64,000 nucleotides of DNA, taken from contig JAUSIS010000006.1 in the NCBI GenBank assembly GCA_030647355.1, forward strand, positions 169,506-233,505, read 5' to 3'. Each line of letters begins with the position of its first letter. Positions within the stretch are counted from its first letter, which is position 1. Origin of the DNA: a bacterium (lineage in GTDB: Bacteria > Patescibacteriota > UBA1384 > VFKW01). Positions 1 to 7,834 of this stretch are shown here, piece by piece. The translations under genes were made by a program, and so were the position numbers. A model generated the notes under the pieces. The model did not search any database. It saw only the letters and a program-made list of their open reading frames with translations, and was not told the DNA's origin.

Positions 1-457
1 GGATTTAGTAGTAATTGGTTTTGGGTTAATAATTGGTGGGTTAGCTGGCAAATATGTATTTGAAATTATTCTCGGGCACGCTTACTATAAAAAAAATAAA
101 TTGTCCTATAGCGCCACCGACTGGTTTCTTATATTAGTGAGTTTATTAATCAGCTTTATTCTTTTTATTATTATCCCTTTAATGGGTAAAGAGTTAGCGG
201 GAACACAGTATCCAAGTATCGTATATCTACCTTATTTTCCTATTGTTACAGGAATGGTTTATGGCTTTCTAGCTAAAAGTGTTTCGAGAAAAGAAGCGGA
301 TAATTATAAGGCGAGAAATTACATAATTTGGCTTACGCCCGTTTTTGTTAATTTTAATATTTGCTGGAAGAAACGCGAAAGCGGGTGGTTGATATATCTT
401 TCGAGTTGGTTAATAGTACTTGTAGGTTTTTTTCTTTTTTATATCAGTACAATATAG
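1..457 (+). CDS. multi-pass membrane protein, 5'-partial (frame is open back to the window start; the tabulated TTG at 101 is probably internal)
   Basis: Frame 2 has no stop from nt 2 to 457. The translation is strongly hydrophobic with several predicted TM helices. A hairpin plus T-run follows at 521-549. Confidence 0.4.
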   Translation, partial: DLVVIGFGLIIGGLAGKYVFEIILGHAYYKKNKLSYSATDWFLILVSLLISFILFIIIPLMGKELAGTQYPSIVYLPYFPIVTGMVYGFLAKSVSRKEADNYKARNYIIWLTPVFVNFNICWKKRESGWLIYLSSWLIVLVGFFLFYISTI

Positions 458-520
458 ACAAAATATCTGTCCACTCAAGTAGGTGTTCGAAACAAAGTGC
501 ATTCAGCCTACACGGCAAAA

Positions 521-549
521 TAACAGGTTTAGAGACCTGTTATTTTGTT
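521..549 (+). terminator. rho-independent terminator for the membrane-protein gene
   Basis: aacaggt-ttagag-acctgtt hairpin followed by attttgtt. Confidence 0.45.
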
Positions 550-589
550 AGTTGGGACCGGTTATTCCTCTAAAAAACGAATCAATAAA

Positions 590-619
590 TAGAAAAAAGT
601 CAGAGAAAACTCTGACTTA
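590..619 (-). terminator. rho-independent terminator for the radical SAM operon (minus strand)
   Basis: aagtcagag-aaaa-ctctgactt hairpin. On the minus strand it is followed by a T-run (the plus-strand A-run at 593-598). Confidence 0.45.
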
Positions 620-641
620 ATAGAATTCGAATGGCCATTTT

Positions 642-1553
642 CTACATGTAGTAGTTGAACATGTACGCATACTGTAGAAAATGTCCTTTGTGGTTGACGA
701 CAGGATGATTCCAGCATTTCCCTAGGCCATCTCTCAGAATATTACCGACGTTGATGCAGTCGTCTTGAGAGTAACCTTGAGAAATGACATCACCCCGTGA
801 ATCGATAAGGAAACAAGAGTGATGGTTGCCCAATTCGGAATAATCCTGAATAGTTATGAATGGCTCATCGCCCGACATCCTTTTGAGCTCTTGAAGCTGC
901 TTCAGATAAGTCTTCCTTTCCTCATCCGAAAGAAGAAGCTCCGTGTTCCCGTAAGCTTTACCTTGGGGCGCAATCAGGATATAGAACAGCCTGTCTACTC
1001 CCAAAGCTTTTGCTAGCTGGTAGATATAGTCTATCTTATCCAGATTGTCCTTTCTAACCAGGTAATTGATCCGCAATGGAACACCTGCGTCTCGGTATAG
1101 CTTCATTGACTCCACAGCCCTCCTATAGGCACCCTCGCCACGGGACCTGTCGTGAACTTCTTCGTCCCCATCCAAGGAAATCAACAGCAACGTTTTGGTT
1201 TCAAGGATTGTTTGGGCGATCTTTTGATTCCATATAGAGCCATTAGAAGTGACAAGGGTTTCGATGCCTCTGTCGGAAGCGTAGTTTAATATGTCACAGA
1301 TATCTGGACGAAGAAACGGCTCCCCCCCGGTGAAATCGATTCTCACCAGATTAGCCTCAGCCAAAACATCGACGATCGACTTGATGTCGCCCAAGGATAA
1401 TTCAGTAGAATCTTGCTCTCCGCTAAGACAGAAATCGCAATGGTAGTTACACCGTCGCGTAACCTGCCAGCAGAGTGATAACGGATTCGATAGCGTGACT
1501 TTCAGATTAGCCAATCGCTGCTCATGTCCTTCTTTGTACTCGACGATTCTCAT
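642..1553 (-). CDS. radical SAM enzyme with a C-terminal Cys-rich SPASM/twitch-like extension
   Basis: N-terminal CNYHCDFC (CxxxCxxC), a GGEP-like motif (FTGGEPFL), and C-terminal HHSCF...DDCINVG...KCWNH cysteines. A 9-bp gap separates it from the upstream methyltransferase gene. Confidence 0.7.
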   Translation of the reverse strand: MRIVEYKEGHEQRLANLKVTLSNPLSLCWQVTRRCNYHCDFCLSGEQDSTELSLGDIKSIVDVLAEANLVRIDFTGGEPFLRPDICDILNYASDRGIETLVTSNGSIWNQKIAQTILETKTLLLISLDGDEEVHDRSRGEGAYRRAVESMKLYRDAGVPLRINYLVRKDNLDKIDYIYQLAKALGVDRLFYILIAPQGKAYGNTELLLSDEERKTYLKQLQELKRMSGDEPFITIQDYSELGNHHSCFLIDSRGDVISQGYSQDDCINVGNILRDGLGKCWNHPVVNHKGHFLQYAYMFNYYM

Positions 1554-1562
1554 CTCTTATCC

Positions 1563-2270
1563 CTACCCTTTCTGATGCTGCAAAACCGAAGCTGTCATTT
1601 CCAAGACTGACACATTGTGCTGGATGTCTAGCGAAGGCAACTTCACGTTCCACTTGCCTGGAAAAGCGTTGTAGAATACCCCTTTCCTCGGCAATCTGAT
1701 AACAGTACCGACCACTGTCCTCGAAAAGAAGCCTAGGTCTGCATATGTACTCCTCATCCCCTCTGTGAATTCATTGATACCAAGCAGTTCACAAAACTCA
1801 TCGTTGCCGGCGTTTTCGATTGCAAGTATCATCCCGTCTGCTCGTAGGATGTCACCGAGCTTTCGAAAAACAATGTCGAACGAATCTCTCATAGACGTCA
1901 GACTCCACCCAGCGAAGATAAGGTCAACACTGCTGGGTAGTATGATCAAGTCTCTGGCATCTGTGAGCATGAATTCCACATTGTTGGCACCGAGATTCTT
2001 GTCGCGATTGATTTGCATCAAGCTTGTGCTTCTTTCTACGACGTAGAGCTTTGAGCACTCTCTCGATAAGAAAGATGTGAATTTCCCACTTCCAGCGCCG
2101 ACTTCAAGAATCGTTTTGCCCTTGAAATCGTACTGGCTGGATAAATACCCATCAATTATACCGAAAGCGTCCTGGCACCTACTGAATTCCTCGTAGGCAA
2201 CGCCCTGATTATAGTCAAATCGCCACAGGTCCTTGTTCATCTTAGTACCACCTTGTGATTGGTTTATCAA
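1563..2270 (-). CDS. class I SAM-dependent methyltransferase
   Basis: LEVGAGSGKFT glycine-rich motif I. AAGGTGG RBS 7 nt upstream of the ATG at 2270; an alternative start at 2240 is possible. Confidence 0.65.
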   Translation of the reverse strand: MINQSQGGTKMNKDLWRFDYNQGVAYEEFSRCQDAFGIIDGYLSSQYDFKGKTILEVGAGSGKFTSFLSRECSKLYVVERSTSLMQINRDKNLGANNVEFMLTDARDLIILPSSVDLIFAGWSLTSMRDSFDIVFRKLGDILRADGMILAIENAGNDEFCELLGINEFTEGMRSTYADLGFFSRTVVGTVIRLPRKGVFYNAFPGKWNVKLPSLDIQHNVSVLEMTASVLQHQKG

Positions 2271-2540
2271 TGTACCTCTATGTAAAAAGGGGTCAACCTT
2301 TTTAGATTAGCTGAATATTATCATGCATTAGACCAAAAAACAAGCCTTTGCCCGTATATTAAAAGAAATACCAGATAGTATTATTTGCTAGCGGGCCAAA
2401 GGAAGACTACTTGATTTGTTTCTAAATTTATGGTATTATCATGGCAACTAAACGGAGGGTCGCCCTGCGATCTTTTTGTTTGTAGGTTCCTTTACAACAG
2501 ATAGAATGTATCTCACACTAGAAAAGAGGAGGTGGCAACG

Positions 2541-3257
2541 GTGCAGTATGACGATAATGTCCTTGCAATAAGAGCCGCTGTAGCGAGATTTGAAGTTGAA
2601 CAAGGCGTTGATGTCAATGTCTTGTTTACGCAATTACTCCTACAGCATATCACCGACGGGTGCTCGTTGGTTGATATCGGCACTGGAAATGGTTTTGTTT
2701 TATCGCAAGTCTTGCAGCAAAGTGATAAACAGTTTCAACTATTCGGAGTAGATAACTCTCAGAGTATGGCATCTATTGCTCGGAAGAATCTTGTAGGAAA
2801 TGCTACTATCGTCGAAGCTGACGCTAGTGAGCTACCGTTTGATAACTGTAGCTTTGATATCGTATCTGCCAGAAATGTAACACAGATCGATGTTGTCGAG
2901 ATCTACCGTATATTGAAAGAAGGGGGGGTATTTGTCTTTCGTGAATATGGCTGCGGTAAGGGTATGCTGGAGATTGCCGATCTCTTTCGTGGCAGGATCA
3001 TTCGGCAGAGAGATCCTGATTATTATGTAGAAAGATTGCTAGACGCTGGTTTCCATATTGTGAAATTTGACCAATATGAGATCAAGCGTAAATACCGATC
3101 TGCACAAGAACTGGTTTCTATCGTCAAGAGCTACCCATTCGTTGTGGGTTTTTCCAGCCAGGACGAGAAGCTCATCTTAGAGAAGTTCGCCCAAAACGCT
3201 ACGATCACATCTGACCCGTTCATTCTGGTCACTACCAAACCGAAAGGATGTGCGTGA
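2541..3257 (+). CDS. class I SAM-dependent methyltransferase (Methyltransf_11/25-like)
   Basis: VDIGTGNGF motif I. AGGAGG RBS at 2526-2531 favours the GTG at 2541 over the tabulated 2532 start. The stop overlaps the next gene. Confidence 0.6.
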   Translation: MQYDDNVLAIRAAVARFEVEQGVDVNVLFTQLLLQHITDGCSLVDIGTGNGFVLSQVLQQSDKQFQLFGVDNSQSMASIARKNLVGNATIVEADASELPFDNCSFDIVSARNVTQIDVVEIYRILKEGGVFVFREYGCGKGMLEIADLFRGRIIRQRDPDYYVERLLDAGFHIVKFDQYEIKRKYRSAQELVSIVKSYPFVVGFSSQDEKLILEKFAQNATITSDPFILVTTKPKGCA

Positions 3258-3735
3258 AATGAGGAAAGTTGAATTGCTGTTCGATCTCATCAGGTCACCC
3301 TACGATATGGCACACATCGTCCAGATTGCCAAGTCGATCGACTGCATCGTCTATACTTCCGGCAGAAACTCGCTTTCTTTTGATATCCCCAAGGTGATAA
3401 CCAAGGTAAGATCTTGGAACATCAAGGGTGATTTCAAGGCGATTCATTATGAAACGTTTGAAGAAGCGATCCATGATCTGAGGGCAGAAGGTAAATACCT
3501 GGTGGGAACATCAGGTGAAGTCGACAAGCTTTTCTACGACATAGTTCTGCCGGATGGTAAGGATATAGTCGTAGTATTCGGCAACGAAACCTCCGGTCTG
3601 ACTGAAGCGAAGCAACAGATGTTGGACGATATGGTTAAGTTGCCAATGGACAAGTCCAAGGTTGATTTCCTGACCCTACCGGTGGCTGTCTCAGCCATCG
3701 CTTATGAGCTGTATCGACAGTACCACTGTCCGTAG
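3250..3735 (+). CDS. SPOUT-family RNA 2'-O-methyltransferase, TrmL-like
   Basis: C-terminal VVVFGNETSGL ... KLPM ... LTLPVAVSAIAYELYRQ matches the TrmL/SpoU motifs (FGxExxGL, IPM, SLNxSxAxxIxxYE). Protein is ~160 aa. Overlaps the upstream gene by 8 nt. Confidence 0.55.
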   Translation: MREMRKVELLFDLIRSPYDMAHIVQIAKSIDCIVYTSGRNSLSFDIPKVITKVRSWNIKGDFKAIHYETFEEAIHDLRAEGKYLVGTSGEVDKLFYDIVLPDGKDIVVVFGNETSGLTEAKQQMLDDMVKLPMDKSKVDFLTLPVAVSAIAYELYRQYHCP

Positions 3736-3757
3736 AGGAAGAAAGGTGGCGAGCATT

Positions 3758-4831
3758 ATGCTCAAGGATAAGATAGTTTATGTCGTCACCACGGGCGCAA
3801 CTAAGGCGAAAGGTGTTGGCATACTGCTCAGCATGCTAAAGTCAGAGGGTGCACAGTGCATCGTAATGCCAACCGACGCCAGCTATTCGATGCTTGATCT
3901 CGATTCAATCCGGGGCGAATGGGTCAAGTTCAATGGTAATGAATTCGGCGCCCGTCAAGACGAAATACCAGAAGAAGACCTAGTTGTTGTTGCGCCGTGC
4001 ACCTTCAATACGCTTTCCAAGATTGCGACGGGAATAGCTGATAACTATCCATTATCAGTGATCCATGCGGCGATCGGTAGCGGCAAGCCAGTGATTTTGG
4101 CCCTGGCTATGAATTACTGGTATTTCCAGCATCCTATAACTCCTGTAAACATCAACCGCGTAAACGCTTTTGGCAGGGTAAGGGTAATATGGCCTGAGTC
4201 GATCTATTCCGACGATGGTGTCCTCGAGAAAGTGACGATGGCGCCGTGGGAAAAGATTGTTGACACGATCTGCCATACCTACTGCAAGACACGATACAGC
4301 GAGACAAGAAAAGAACAAGAAACATCTGAGATTATCGATGATCACTTTCCAGAGTTCCATAAAACTGGCTCGAAGATGCAGCAAGACCATTTCACGAATG
4401 GTTCCGCTGGATTCATTGCCAAGAGAATTAAGGAAGGTGTACTTGTCACGTCTTCAGGGTCTTGTGTCGGAAATCTGTCAAGATCGGATCTCACGATTAT
4501 TCAGAACTGGTCCAATCAGGTTATAACCTGGTCAGGTGAGGCAAAGCCGTCGTCCGAGACGCCTTTGATATTGGAGATATTCGACAAATTCCCTGATGTC
4601 AAAGTAATCATACACGGACACTGTAGAAGCATCACTTACAGTCCTCTTATGAATAAGTATCACAGCAGTGAGTATCTCAAATACGGCGAATGGAAGGAGT
4701 TATACAAGATCCAGCCCGTTCTTCAGAAGTACAACGGGGGCATCATGAAATTGCATGGCGAGCTGATCCTTGCCAGGGATTTTGATGAAGCCATGGAGAG
4801 GTATCTGGATATGTATCGCCTAACCTGTTAA
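3758..4831 (+). CDS. two-domain fusion: HFCD/CoaC-like flavoprotein (N-terminal) plus class II aldolase/adducin-like domain (C-terminal)
   Basis: N-terminal APCTFNTLSKIATGIADN and ALAMNYWYF correspond to the HFCD PASANTxxKxAxGxxD and PAMNxxMW motifs. C-terminal PSSETPLILEIF...VIIHGHC corresponds to the class II aldolase PSSE...HTH pattern. GGTGG RBS sits before the ATG at 3758. Confidence 0.6.
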   Translation: MLKDKIVYVVTTGATKAKGVGILLSMLKSEGAQCIVMPTDASYSMLDLDSIRGEWVKFNGNEFGARQDEIPEEDLVVVAPCTFNTLSKIATGIADNYPLSVIHAAIGSGKPVILALAMNYWYFQHPITPVNINRVNAFGRVRVIWPESIYSDDGVLEKVTMAPWEKIVDTICHTYCKTRYSETRKEQETSEIIDDHFPEFHKTGSKMQQDHFTNGSAGFIAKRIKEGVLVTSSGSCVGNLSRSDLTIIQNWSNQVITWSGEAKPSSETPLILEIFDKFPDVKVIIHGHCRSITYSPLMNKYHSSEYLKYGEWKELYKIQPVLQKYNGGIMKLHGELILARDFDEAMERYLDMYRLTC

Positions 4832-4838
4832 TCGCAGG

Positions 4839-4874
4839 ACCCTATCAAGATTTATTTCAAGATAGGGTTTTTTA
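4839..4874 (+). terminator. rho-independent terminator
   Basis: accctatc / gatagggt 8-bp stem followed by TTTTTT. Confidence 0.5.
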
Positions 4875-4969
4875 ACCCAAAAAATTTATCATTTTACAGT
4901 ACAACTGGCATAAATTTATTATTTTGGTTATAATAACACTATTAGCCACAAATTTATAAAAGGAAGAAA

Positions 4970-5407
4970 ATGATCAAGAAAAAAATTCTAGCCATAGTTT
5001 ATAGGATAAAAAATCATAATGAACAGTTTCTAGCTTTATTGGAAAATAGCAGCGAAATCGATCAATCGGTCGGATACTACGTAGTTACCGGTGGAGTAGA
5101 AGGAAATGAAGGGTTACTGGATGCAGTGAAAAGAGAAATTATGGAAGAGACCGGAATAGAGAATATTGTTAATATTTTAGATTTGAATAAAATTTATGAA
5201 TACAAGCATCCAGCAGAGGGCGATTATCTCTGCCAGGAGTCTTGTTTTGCCGTGGAGGTTGATGACGAGGTGAAACATTTGAGCGTAGAGCATACAGGAT
5301 ATAAATGGTTACCTAGAAAAGAATTTTCCGATACGATATTTTGGTATACAAATAAAGCAGATTTAGATGAGCTATTAAATAAATTCATTAAGCACATGTC
5401 AAGGTAA
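4970..5407 (+). CDS. NUDIX hydrolase
   Basis: Nudix box GGVEGNEGLLDAVKREIMEETGIE (Gx5Ex7REUxEExGU). AAGGAAG RBS. Confidence 0.65.
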   Translation: MIKKKILAIVYRIKNHNEQFLALLENSSEIDQSVGYYVVTGGVEGNEGLLDAVKREIMEETGIENIVNILDLNKIYEYKHPAEGDYLCQESCFAVEVDDEVKHLSVEHTGYKWLPRKEFSDTIFWYTNKADLDELLNKFIKHMSR

Positions 5408-5601
5408 TAATTTTATTATCTCATACTTAGGGAGATCGATCTAATAACGATATAGTTATATTGATTGTACATATCAATTCCCTCGATATCTCTATCGAAG
5501 GCACTCCTTATTCTCTCCCGGCCCTCACCTCAAATACCTAGGGAATACCTTGGATAGATTTGGGCATTAATTTAGCTGATTATTGATAATAAAATAATGT
5601 A

Positions 5602-5631
5602 ATAGGTTCGAACAAACTCCCCTATGCGCTA
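5602..5631 (+). other. tRNA-Glu 3'-end-like fragment (T-arm/acceptor/CCA); possible att-site remnant
   Basis: GGTTCGAACAAACTCCCCTATGCGCTACCA matches the 3' terminal 26 nt of the intact tRNA-Glu at 10974-11048, apart from a 4-nt insertion. It is in inverted orientation relative to that gene. Confidence 0.45.
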
Positions 5632-5667
5632 CCACATGGTTTTTGATTTGAACCCGCAACCAACCCG

Positions 5668-5728
5668 GTAGACTGAATGAATCTTATTTCGAACACCTTG
5701 TGGATTGGCTGAATCAGCTAATGCTTGC
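5668..5728 (+). repeat. 61-bp direct repeat, copy 1 (flanks the SWIM/Fic island)
   Basis: ggtagactgaatgaatcttatttcgaacaccttgtggattggctgaatcagctaatgcttg. About 87% identical to the copy at 7679-7739 in the same orientation. Confidence 0.6.
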
Positions 5729-5805
5729 GTATGATCAGACGTTGTGTTTCAATCTCAAGAATGTATCTGATTGCTTTTAAAGTAAAAAGGCTCTAAAATG
5801 CAAAT

Positions 5806-6639
5806 ATGTTTTCATATACTAGAATTATTTTAGATAATACTGAATTATCGATCTATCAACGAGGCCTGGAATATGTCAACAAAAAGAAAGTGAAGTTAAC
5901 CTCTATCATAAATAATGGCTGCCAAGCAACTGCGAGTGGTTCACGAAATTATGAGATTACTCTAGGTTTCTCCAGGGTTGGCTCACCAAAATATTCCTGC
6001 TCCTGCCCATATTTTAGTGAACACAAAAAAGTGGTTTGTAAACATATTATTGGCACCTCGCTTGCTTGGGATAGATCGCGGAGTGTCCCTGATCCAGATG
6101 AAGAAACTTTGGAAGTACTTTGCATTCCGGAACCGATATTTTCGCACAAGGATATTAATGAAGCGTATAATAATCCGCTAACAGCTAACCTTGATGTTAT
6201 TCGAATCGCCGCTGATGAAAGCGGCTGGTCTAGGCCTCATGCACATTTACCAATAAAGCCACAAGTTTGTAATCATACAACCCTTGAGTTGACCGATATT
6301 AACAAAGGTATTTCAGAACTTCGTGCCTGGGCTAGAAAATATAACTTTGACCCCTATTTTTGCGCTGGCGAAATAATGGCCGGATTCTGTGAGCTCATAA
6401 GGTTCACTAAGTTTAAATTTGATACTTTAAATTTAGATGATAAAATTAAGGCAACAGTATTACTTGCTAATTTTCATCATGAATTAATCATGGAAAAGAT
6501 TGATGACAGCGAAGGCCTGCACGAATTTTCAGAAACTCATCTTTATGATCTAGTTAGCGAGTTAACTAACAATCAGAAGTTGAATCAGACGCAAATAAAA
6601 GCGCTTGAATTAATTAAACATAAAATTGATGATTATTAG
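5806..6639 (+). CDS. SWIM-type zinc-finger domain protein (hypothetical)
   Basis: CSCPYF...CKHI fits the SWIM CxCxnCxH signature. The rest has no other recognisable domain. Confidence 0.5.
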   Translation: MFSYTRIILDNTELSIYQRGLEYVNKKKVKLTSIINNGCQATASGSRNYEITLGFSRVGSPKYSCSCPYFSEHKKVVCKHIIGTSLAWDRSRSVPDPDEETLEVLCIPEPIFSHKDINEAYNNPLTANLDVIRIAADESGWSRPHAHLPIKPQVCNHTTLELTDINKGISELRAWARKYNFDPYFCAGEIMAGFCELIRFTKFKFDTLNLDDKIKATVLLANFHHELIMEKIDDSEGLHEFSETHLYDLVSELTNNQKLNQTQIKALELIKHKIDDY

Positions 6640-6660
6640 ATATGTTTTAGGTTAAATAAT

Positions 6661-7548
6661 TCAGGTAATTTTATATTCTGCCCTGATTTTCCAGACGCCT
6701 CGCTCGCGAAAAGCAGGAATCGATTGCCTTAGAGCGGCATTAAAAACTGTCGGAGCTCTTAAATTATTTTTTCGTACATAATCAGATAGATTGATTATTT
6801 CCGATCCTTCGAAATATGTGATTCTTTTATTTAACGATTCGGTTAGAGCCAGAGCCATAACTTTTTCCATCAATTTTGAATTTTTATTAAACTGATAAGC
6901 CTTAAATGCTTCATAATAGTCAGCCTTTTCTTTATCTCTGATAATTATACGGGGGAAGCCAAGTTGTAAGAGTTGAAAATTGGTCAGAACTCGACCAATT
7001 CGGCCGTTGCCATCGCAAAAAGGATGAATTCTCTCAAATTCAAGATGAAATTTAGCGATTTTATCAATAAAATAAGCAATGTGATCACTGGAATAATCAA
7101 TCAAAACATTATCAATTAACTGCTCGACTTTTTCGGGTGCCGACGCAACATGGGTGCCTACTCTAACATACTCGCCGATCCTACGAAAACGTCCGGCTAT
7201 ATTATCATCAATTCCGCCCATCAGCATTTGATGAATAAGCAATATTAGTTCTTTTGAGATTTCATCAGTTTGTGCTTTATCCCTTGTATAGTCAACAACC
7301 CTAGCCAAATTCTTAGCTTCATATACTTCGCGAAGGGTAACATCTCGTGAAAGCTCTTGCTCGAGTAGGATTTTTTCTGTCTCTTTAAGAGTCAATGTTG
7401 AGTTTTCAATCGCGTTGGAGTTATAGACACTTTCCGGCACTTCGGCTTGATCAATAATCGTTAAGAGAGCGTCTTTTCCTTGTTTCAAGACATTATATCT
7501 TGTCTTCAATTCACTTAATTTTTCTTGATAAGGTTTTGATAATGACAT
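6661..7548 (-). CDS. Fic/Doc family protein (class II Fic, putative AMPylase) with N-terminal inhibitory motif
   Basis: Canonical HPFCDGNGRIGR Fic motif. N-terminal SNAIEN fits the (S/T)xxxE(G/N) autoinhibitory helix. GGGGG RBS before the ATG at 7548 (tabulated start is 7590). Confidence 0.75.
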   Translation of the reverse strand: MSLSKPYQEKLSELKTRYNVLKQGKDALLTIIDQAEVPESVYNSNAIENSTLTLKETEKILLEQELSRDVTLREVYEAKNLARVVDYTRDKAQTDEISKELILLIHQMLMGGIDDNIAGRFRRIGEYVRVGTHVASAPEKVEQLIDNVLIDYSSDHIAYFIDKIAKFHLEFERIHPFCDGNGRIGRVLTNFQLLQLGFPRIIIRDKEKADYYEAFKAYQFNKNSKLMEKVMALALTESLNKRITYFEGSEIINLSDYVRKNNLRAPTVFNAALRQSIPAFRERGVWKIRAEYKIT

Positions 7549-7678
7549 AGTTGCCCCCAATTTAATGCAATTTAATTGTATACCATTCACGTTATTTTGT
7601 CAATATAGAGTGAATATGCATGTATATTAACATATATTCACGCTATTTTACTCCGCTCAACTCATTCATAGATGATTG

Positions 7679-7739
7679 GTAGACTGAATGCATCTTATTT
7701 CAAACACCTTGCGGATTAGCTGAATCAGTTAACGGTTGT
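7679..7739 (+). repeat. 61-bp direct repeat, copy 2
   Basis: ggtagactgaatgcatcttatttcaaacaccttgcggattagctgaatcagttaacggttg. Confidence 0.6.
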
Positions 7740-7834
7740 TAGTAATTTCACTGACAACTGATAAATTCCATACGATGTAACCATAGTAAATAACGGCTCG
7801 CTGGTTTTGAATTAGAATAGGCCTTAATATTACT

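Noticed and set aside
2441-2485. 14-codon ORF MATKRRVALRSFCL in the divergent control region, as a possible RiPP precursor
   Set aside because: No RBS and it sits where the -10 for the downstream operon is expected. It is too short and Cys-poor to support a precursor call. Flagged only as something a RiPP miner should re-examine.
2448-2633. 61-aa minus-strand ORF overlapping the methyltransferase start
   Set aside because: Antisense overlap with a well-supported gene, and no start context.
4055-4526. ORFs 4055-4390 (-) and 4257-4526 (+) inside the HFCD::aldolase gene
   Set aside because: Alternative-frame or antisense overlaps of a gene with clear domain motifs in the main frame.
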